Positions 53,854 to 59,642 of a DNA stretch of 59,642 nt are shown here, in pieces. The notes under the pieces are model-generated. The model was not told where the DNA came from, searched no databases, and was given only the letters and a program-made list of their open reading frames with translations. The position numbers and the translations under genes were made by a program. Origin of the DNA: Candidatus Nanoarchaeia archaeon (lineage in GTDB: Archaea; Nanobdellota; Nanobdellia; UBA10117); NCBI GenBank assembly GCA_049969975.1, contig JBMFNW010000002.1, positions 1-59,642 on the forward strand. The letters are read 5' to 3'. Position 1 is the stretch's first letter, and each line of letters opens with the position of its first letter.

Positions 53854-55329
53854 ATGGTTAAAATACCTACAGAACGGCCACCTTTGAAAAGGCTTTCAGA
53901 TGTTATTTGGGAAATTTCTACAGATTATAAAAAAGACGAGCCGAAGATGCTCGTGCCTGCTTGGATTTTTGCAACACCAAAACTTCTCGAAGCAATGGAC
54001 TTAGCTGTTTTTGAACAAATAACGAATGTTGCTTGTTTGCCAGGCATTCAAAAAGCAGCCATGGCGATGCCAGATGCCCATTGGGGTTACGGTTACCCGA
54101 TAGGCGGCGTGGCTGCATTTGATTTAGAAAAAGGCATAATAAGTCCTGGTGGCATTGGCTACGATATTAATTGTGGCATGCGTCTAATAAGAACAAATCT
54201 TACTTATGCAGAAGTTAAGCCGAAGTTAAAAGAACTTGTCGATACTCTTTTCGAAATGGTGCCCGCAGGCGTTGGTGCTCATGGCTTTATTAAACTAACT
54301 CCACAGCAACACAAAGAAGTAATGGTAGAAGGAGCAGATTGGTGTATTAAAAACGGATATGGTTGGCCAGAAGATAAAGAGCGCATAGAAGATTTCGGTG
54401 CACTTCCAGGGGCAGATCCAAGTAAAATTTCACAAAAAGCAATTTCTAGAGGAGCACCAGAGCTTGGAACTCTTGGAAGCGGAAATCATTATTTAGAAAT
54501 TCAGCGTGTTCTGCCAGAAAATATTTTTGATGCTAAATTGGCTGAGAAATTTGGCATTTTTCCAGACCAAGTTGTTGTAATGGTGCATTGTGGAAGTAGA
54601 GGTTTTGGCCATCAAATTTGTACTGATTATGTAAATATATTTAGACGAAAAATGCCTGAATGGGGAATAAAAGTTAGAGACATTGAATTGGCTTGTGCAC
54701 CTTTCAAAACAAAGGAAGCTCAAGATTATTTTGCAGCAATGAAATGTGCAGCAAACTATGGTTTTGGAAACAGACAACTAATTACGCACAGAATTAGGGA
54801 AGCTTTTGAAAAAGTTTTTGGAACAAGTGCTGAAAAGTTAGGCATGCATGTTATTTATGATGTAGCACATAACATTGCAAAGATTGAAGAGCATAGATTT
54901 AATGGAAGCAAAAAAGAGCTCATAGTGCATAGAAAAGGTGCAACTAGATGTTTTGGGCCTGGTAGAAAAGAGCTAGCGCCAATTTACAGAAATATTGGCC
55001 AGCCAGTTATAGTTGGTGGAAGTATGGAGACTGGCTCTTACTTATGTCTTGGTACAGAGCAAGCTATGAAACTTACATTTGGTAGCACTATGCACGGTTC
55101 TGGTAGGACAATGTCGAGAACAGCTGCAAAAAAGAAAGTCCGAGGAACAGAACTCCAAAAAGCAATGCAAGAGCATGGCATTTATGTTAGATCTGTATCT
55201 ATGGCAGGTCTTGCCGAAGAAGCTGGTTTTGCTTACAAAGATATTTCGGAAGTTGTCGATACTATGGAAATTGCTGGTGTGAGCAAAAAAATCGTTGCTT
55301 TGAAGCCAATAGGGAATGTAAAGGGATGA
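53854..55329 (+). CDS. rtcB: RNA-splicing ligase RtcB
   Basis: MPDAHWGYGYPIGGV, GYDINCGMR, GSGNHYLEIQ and HCGSRGFGHQ motifs, plus the C-terminal HGSGR. Confidence 0.95.
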   Translation: MVKIPTERPPLKRLSDVIWEISTDYKKDEPKMLVPAWIFATPKLLEAMDLAVFEQITNVACLPGIQKAAMAMPDAHWGYGYPIGGVAAFDLEKGIISPGGIGYDINCGMRLIRTNLTYAEVKPKLKELVDTLFEMVPAGVGAHGFIKLTPQQHKEVMVEGADWCIKNGYGWPEDKERIEDFGALPGADPSKISQKAISRGAPELGTLGSGNHYLEIQRVLPENIFDAKLAEKFGIFPDQVVVMVHCGSRGFGHQICTDYVNIFRRKMPEWGIKVRDIELACAPFKTKEAQDYFAAMKCAANYGFGNRQLITHRIREAFEKVFGTSAEKLGMHVIYDVAHNIAKIEEHRFNGSKKELIVHRKGATRCFGPGRKELAPIYRNIGQPVIVGGSMETGSYLCLGTEQAMKLTFGSTMHGSGRTMSRTAAKKKVRGTELQKAMQEHGIYVRSVSMAGLAEEAGFAYKDISEVVDTMEIAGVSKKIVALKPIGNVKG

Positions 55330-55397
55330 GTTGTATTTAAAACAGAATTATCTATAATATCGAAAAGTTTATATAGTAAAAAAACCATTTATTACTT

Positions 55398-55646
55398 ATG
55401 GGTGGCAAGACATTACGCGGTGTGCAAAGCTTTAATTTAATGAATGAAAAGGAAGCAAAGCAATACTTTAGCATACTTAAAAAAATCGTTAAGTCTAAAT
55501 TAAAAGTTCCAATAATGGCAAAAGGTATGATGAGGCTTATTGATTTTTCAAAAAAATTAGCTAAATTAGATATTTATCCACCTTTTGAAACTCATTGGAC
55601 AAAGGAAGAAAAACTCATACTCGGCAAGTTCTTAAGTGGCCAGTAG
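55398..55646 (+). CDS. hypothetical 82-aa protein
   Basis: An open frame in stop-rich AT DNA. TATA-like TTTATATA lies about 27 nt upstream, which suggests a leaderless transcript. No recognisable family. Confidence 0.4.
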   Translation: MGGKTLRGVQSFNLMNEKEAKQYFSILKKIVKSKLKVPIMAKGMMRLIDFSKKLAKLDIYPPFETHWTKEEKLILGKFLSGQ

Positions 55647-55662
55647 CCATGTGCCTCCTATG

Positions 55663-55688
55663 ACCGGCCAGTTGCCGAGCTGGCCGGT
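55663..55688 (+). other. GC-rich perfect hairpin (ACCGGCCAG-TTGCCGAG-CTGGCCGGT)
   Basis: A 9-bp stem read directly from the sequence. It sits 17 nt after the stop of the 82-aa ORF, within a GC-rich patch (55640-55690) in otherwise AT-rich DNA. GGCCAG occurs three times within about 45 nt. Confidence 0.5.
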
Positions 55689-55763
55689 AACTTAATTATA
55701 CTCGATTGTGTTATATAGTTTAAAACACAGTATTTAAAAGAATTTGTATGCTATATAATTGAA

Positions 55764-57137
55764 ATGGACTTAGAGGAAAAACTAAAAAGATTTCAAAATA
55801 AAGAAACCGAGCGCATAGATTTTAAAACTGTTTTAGAGCTTTCTGCTTATCTCGATGGTTGGAAAGAAAAACTAGATGCTTTTAAAAAATGTGAAATTTG
55901 TGTCCAAAACAAAACTCTAAACTTAGCTTTTGAAAGAAAAGATAAATATTTAGATAACGATATTACTTTTTTTAGACTTTATTTTACCATACCTTTTGTT
56001 ATGAATTATTTGACGAATAATTTAGATGGAGTAAATTTCGTAACAGCACATACAATTAGTCATTACGCAAGTATTAATATTCATGATGTCTACACTTGTC
56101 TAAAAGAATTGGAAAGACAAAAACTTGTAGAAGAAAAAGAAATTTCAAAGTTTGAAGAATATAAAAGTATAAAAGAAAAGAAAAAAAGAAATAAAGAGCC
56201 ACACAAGTGTTTAAAGAATTTTGAAAAAAATTTTGAGCAATTAGTGAATTATTTGTCTGATTTGTCTGGAGAGAAACAAAAAGCTCAGAAAGAATTTGAG
56301 CAACTTGATACAACACTTAAATCTGGAATTGAACTTTCACTAGAAGAAAAAGAGCTTTTAAGCAAGTCAAAGCCACAGTATTGTTATCGTTTAACTGATG
56401 AAGGTAAAACTTTGCTAAATAATTTTAAAAATAATTTTAATGAAGTTTATGGAGAAGCAGAAAAATTACTTAGTGAAATTAAAGAAAGAAGTAAGCAAAG
56501 CTTAGAGAATTTAGTTTGGAAGCCCGGTAAAATTTTGAAAATTTTTCACATACCTGAAAAAGAAAAAGAGTATTTTTATGAACTTTATAAAAACTTAATC
56601 GAATCTATGGTGCTAAAAAATGCAAAGCATTTGTTTGATATTTATCATAGAAATTTTGGCGGTATTTGGCTTGCATGCATACCTGAAGAAATAAAAGAAG
56701 GAGAAAAACCAGTTGCAGAAATTTATGCACGCGGTTCAGATATTTGTTTGAAAGATGGAATTTTACCGCTTAAAAAAATAGGTTTTTCTGACCCAGATTT
56801 TTTAAATGAATATTTTAATTTGCTTGAAAAAGATAAAAGTGAAAAAGATAAAAAGAAAGAGTATGATTTAATAAATAAAGCAATTCGAAATTACAAATTT
56901 TGTTTTGCAAATTCAAAAGACGAAATTCCTTTTTGTAACGAGTTAAAAATTTGTTATGATGGAAGAGTTGTTTCTTTTTATACAAATGGAAATGTTAGCA
57001 CAATTAATCTCTGCGACGGCAGGAGTATAAATTTGAATGGATTTAAAGGTTTGGTTTTCTTACCAAATTATTTTAGTTCTGTAAAAATGGAGAAAAATTC
57101 TGTAAAAAATTCTGTAAAAGTATTCGAGAAAAAATAG
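55764..57137 (+). CDS. hypothetical 457-aa protein with a putative split winged-helix and coiled-coil insert
   Basis: A long open frame. The HTH-like segment HTISHYASINIHDVYTCLKELERQKLVEE is separated by ~85 K/E-rich residues from the wing-like YCYRLTDEGKTLL. The C-terminal ~220 aa match no family I recognise. Confidence 0.6.
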   Translation: MDLEEKLKRFQNKETERIDFKTVLELSAYLDGWKEKLDAFKKCEICVQNKTLNLAFERKDKYLDNDITFFRLYFTIPFVMNYLTNNLDGVNFVTAHTISHYASINIHDVYTCLKELERQKLVEEKEISKFEEYKSIKEKKKRNKEPHKCLKNFEKNFEQLVNYLSDLSGEKQKAQKEFEQLDTTLKSGIELSLEEKELLSKSKPQYCYRLTDEGKTLLNNFKNNFNEVYGEAEKLLSEIKERSKQSLENLVWKPGKILKIFHIPEKEKEYFYELYKNLIESMVLKNAKHLFDIYHRNFGGIWLACIPEEIKEGEKPVAEIYARGSDICLKDGILPLKKIGFSDPDFLNEYFNLLEKDKSEKDKKKEYDLINKAIRNYKFCFANSKDEIPFCNELKICYDGRVVSFYTNGNVSTINLCDGRSINLNGFKGLVFLPNYFSSVKMEKNSVKNSVKVFEKK

Positions 57138-57175
57138 ACAGAAACCTTTTAAAATCATTTAATTGATTTTGCACT

Positions 57176-58168
57176 ATGGGGCATATAAAAAGAAAGAGAC
57201 CGAGAAGAGGAAGTCTTGGATTTTGGCCTAGAAAAAGAGCTAAACGAATTTATCCAGCCCCGAATTTTGCAAGAATTGACGAACCAAAACTTTTAGGCTT
57301 TTTGGGATATAAAGCAGGAATGACTTCTGTAATATTTATTGATAATAGACCAAAATCTCCAACAAAAGGAGAAGAAGTGCACACGCCTGCAACAGTTTTA
57401 GAGTGTCCTCCATTAACCGTTTTTGGTATAAGGCTTTACGGCAAAACAACATACGGATTAAAAGTGCTTGGTGAAGTTTGGGCAGAGAAACTTGATAAAA
57501 ATTTGGCAAGAAAAATAAAATTGCCAAAAAAGCAAAAATGGACTGTTGAAAAACTTAAAGAACTTTTACCAAAATCGAGTGAAGTAAGAGTTTTAATTCA
57601 TACAAATCCGGCTGAAAGTGGGCTTGGGAAAAAGAAGCCAGAAATTTTAGAAATACCTATTGGCGGTTCTGTTGAGCAACAATTTAACTATGCAATTTCT
57701 ATTTTTGGAAAACAAGTACCAATAACAGAAATTTTTAAACCAGGGCAATATGTTGATGTTCATGCCGTAACAAAAGGGAAAGGATTTGAAGGCGATATTA
57801 AAAGATTTGGAATAAAGTTGGCAAGCCACAAAGCAGAATTTGGTCGGAGACATCGAGGCACGATGGGCCCAATAACGCCTGCAGTTACAGGTTGGTGGAT
57901 TGCACAACCTGGACAGTTTGGTTACAACACTAGAACAGAATACAACAAACAAATATTAAAAATTGCAATGCCAAAAGAAATTAATCCAAATCCAATATCT
58001 GGCTTTATACGCTACGGTTTAGTTAAAAATACGTACGTATTGCTTGCCGGCTCGGTGCCCGGCCCAAAAAAGAGAACAATCATTCTTACATTTCCAATAA
58101 GAAAAAATAAATTGCCTGAACAAGCACCTGAAATAGTCCACATTTCAACAAAATCGCAACAAGGTTAA
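57176..58168 (+). CDS. rpl3: 50S ribosomal protein uL3
   Basis: PRRGSLGFWPRKRA, FKPGQYVDVHAVTKGKGFEG and the rest of the uL3 pattern. Confidence 0.95.
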   Translation: MGHIKRKRPRRGSLGFWPRKRAKRIYPAPNFARIDEPKLLGFLGYKAGMTSVIFIDNRPKSPTKGEEVHTPATVLECPPLTVFGIRLYGKTTYGLKVLGEVWAEKLDKNLARKIKLPKKQKWTVEKLKELLPKSSEVRVLIHTNPAESGLGKKKPEILEIPIGGSVEQQFNYAISIFGKQVPITEIFKPGQYVDVHAVTKGKGFEGDIKRFGIKLASHKAEFGRRHRGTMGPITPAVTGWWIAQPGQFGYNTRTEYNKQILKIAMPKEINPNPISGFIRYGLVKNTYVLLAGSVPGPKKRTIILTFPIRKNKLPEQAPEIVHISTKSQQG

Positions 58169-58169
58169 A

Positions 58170-58979
58170 ATGAAAGTGCCTGTATTTTCGGTTACAGGAG
58201 AAAAGATTTCTGAAGTAGAACTTCCAAGGCAGTTTTCTGAAGAGCTAAGGCCAGATTTAATTAAAAGAGCAGCACTTGCAGTTCTTTCGAATCAACATCA
58301 GCCTTACGGTACAGATCCAATGGCTGGAAAACGTCAAGGTAAAGCTTGGCCAAAAAGAAGAAGAAAGTTTGGCACAACATACAGCAAAGGAATTTCTAGA
58401 GTTGCAAGAAAAGCTCTTTGGTCTAGGGGGGAGCAATTTGGCTGGGTTGGTGCTCGTGGCGCGCAAACTGTTAAAGGTATTAAAGCTTTCCCACCAAAAG
58501 TAGAAAAAGTTTTTTGGGAAAAGATAAATAAAAAAGAAAAGAAAAAAGCAATTCGATCTGCACTTGCTGCTACTGTTTTGCATGAATATGTTTCAAAAAT
58601 TCACAAAATAGAGCCTGATTTACCTCTTCCACTCGTTATTGAAGAGCGAGCAGAAGAACTTTCTAAGACAACTGAAATTTATAAATTGTTAAAAAAATTA
58701 GGTCTTTCTGCCGAACTTAAAAGAACCAAAGAGAAAAAAATAAGAGCTGGAAAAGGCAAATTAAGAGGAAGAAAGTACAAAACAAAAGTAGGTCCGCTAA
58801 TTATTGTTTCAAAACCATGCAAACTTGAAATTGCTGCAAGAAATTTAGTTGGCGTTGATGTTTGTGAAGTCAGAAATTTAAATGCTGCTTTGCTGGCTCC
58901 CGGTGCGCAGCCTGCACGCCTTACAATTTGGACTTTGCCTGCTTTGAAATTGTTAGAAAAGGAGGCTTTGTTCGAGTAA
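58170..58979 (+). CDS. rpl4: 50S ribosomal protein uL4
   Basis: [11 protein letters not shown]... and [11 protein letters not shown] motifs. Follows uL3. Confidence 0.9.
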   Translation: MKVPVFSVTGEKISEVELPRQFSEELRPDLIKRAALAVLSNQHQPYGTDPMAGKRQGKAWPKRRRKFGTTYSKGISRVARKALWSRGEQFGWVGARGAQTVKGIKAFPPKVEKVFWEKINKKEKKKAIRSALAATVLHEYVSKIHKIEPDLPLPLVIEERAEELSKTTEIYKLLKKLGLSAELKRTKEKKIRAGKGKLRGRKYKTKVGPLIIVSKPCKLEIAARNLVGVDVCEVRNLNAALLAPGAQPARLTIWTLPALKLLEKEALFE

Positions 58980-58980
58980 A

Positions 58981-59247
58981 ATGGAAATAAGTCCATATAA
59001 AATTTTGAAATATCCTCTCTCGACAGAAAAAGCAGTTCGGCAAATGGAAGCAGAAAATAAATTAATATTTATTGTTGACCCAAAAGCAACAAAAGCAGCT
59101 ATAAAATGGGCTGTTGAGAAAGCTTTCAATGTTAAAGTAAAATCTGTAAACACTACAATTCTTCGCGACGGCAGTAAAAAAGCATATATAAAGCTTAAAC
59201 CAGAAACGCCAGCTTCAGAAGTTACAACTGCTCTTGGGTTGACGTAA
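58981..59247 (+). CDS. rpl23: 50S ribosomal protein uL23
   Basis: [46 protein letters not shown]. Confidence 0.9.
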   Translation: MEISPYKILKYPLSTEKAVRQMEAENKLIFIVDPKATKAAIKWAVEKAFNVKVKSVNTTILRDGSKKAYIKLKPETPASEVTTALGLT

Positions 59248-59642
59248 AATATAAGTAAAATACGAAAGTGAATTAGCCATTTAGCCCATCTATGCATGAA
59301 AGAGGAGGGAACTTATTTTTGTTGAGGAAGAAGGAGAAGCTTCTGCAAAAAAGTTCTAAAATTAGCTCGTACTGGTTTTGAACTAGTATTATAGTGATGG
59401 TTGCGAGCTTACAAAAGAGCCTGTCGCATTTTTGGAAGAAAATGCAATATGTTATTTCACATTTTAAGCTAAAAGCCAATAATTTAGGAAGGACACATTC
59501 CAGCTTAAGTTCGAGAAATTCGGTGTGAATTGCAGGGCTGGCTTGCTAAAAATTTGATTCCAAAGATTAAGCACTCTTTGCATTTGTTATACCTTTTAAG
59601 TGGTGGATAACAAAAGATTTAAATATTTATTTTAATAATATT

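Noticed and set aside
59273-59479. 68-aa minus-strand ORF after uL23
   Set aside because: Cys/Phe/Ile-rich, with no SD or TATA context and no similarity to anything I recognise. It is treated as non-coding within the unusual spacer.
1-59642. Visual search for C/D-box sRNAs (RUGAUGA ... CUGA), rRNA genes, inteins in MCM, RFC and other large genes, and transposase or integrase-flanked islands
   Set aside because: The TGATGA matches I spotted lie inside well-supported CDSs, apart from imperfect TGATGG matches at gene starts and in the terminal spacer, and none has correctly spaced D boxes. MCM, RFC, IleRS and AlaRS have normal lengths without insertions. The only recombinase is a housekeeping-type XerA. 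A covariance-model scan would still be needed to exclude small RNAs.

Overview
AT-rich archaeal chromosomal segment. The archaeal assignment rests on eS19, eL39, eL31, eL21, eS24, eS31, aIF6, Rpo4/Rpo7/Spt4/Spt5, TBP, MCM, RFC, CarS, RtcB, Kae1 and an archaeal-type SRP RNA. Genes are tightly packed, often overlap by 1-13 nt, and many have GGAGGT-like Shine-Dalgarno sites. Several proteins are shortened (RFC large subunit 390 aa, AlaRS without the C-terminal domain). This fits a small-genome, DPANN-like lineage, but that lineage call is only a guess. All calls come from reading the translations for family motifs and conserved archaeal gene order; no database search was run. Most of the window is conserved information-processing core: eS19-PDCD5-eL39-eL31-aIF6-prefoldin-FtsY-SRP54, eL21-RpoF-DUF655-PIN-Rpo7-Spt4-eS24-eS31-Kae1, uL1-uL10-P1-AlaRS, FtsZ-SecE-Spt5-uL11, RFC, IleRS, TBP, DphB, MCM and uL3-uL4-uL23. 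It also holds SRP RNA, tRNA-Ser(GCU) and tRNA-Phe(GAA). The parts most worth follow-up are listed here. (1) A co-directional, partly overlapping operon at 17.2-21.7 kb encodes a metallophosphoesterase, a 4xCBS + HPF/RaiA-like + TM fusion protein, bacterial-type Ku, a THEP1-like NTPase and a LigD-type ATP ligase; this looks like an NHEJ or dormancy-type module with unusual partners. (2) An mTERF-repeat protein at 51.05-51.85 kb has near-identical 99-nt internal repeats and sits beside a 48-aa basic ORF. (3) An orphan locus at 55.4-57.1 kb has an 82-aa ORF, a GC-rich hairpin and a 457-aa protein with a split winged-helix. (4) A truncated Dph2 fragment is present although dphB is intact. (5) About 390 nt without a convincing ORF lie where uL2 is expected after uL23. 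No CRISPR array, transposase or rRNA gene was seen.
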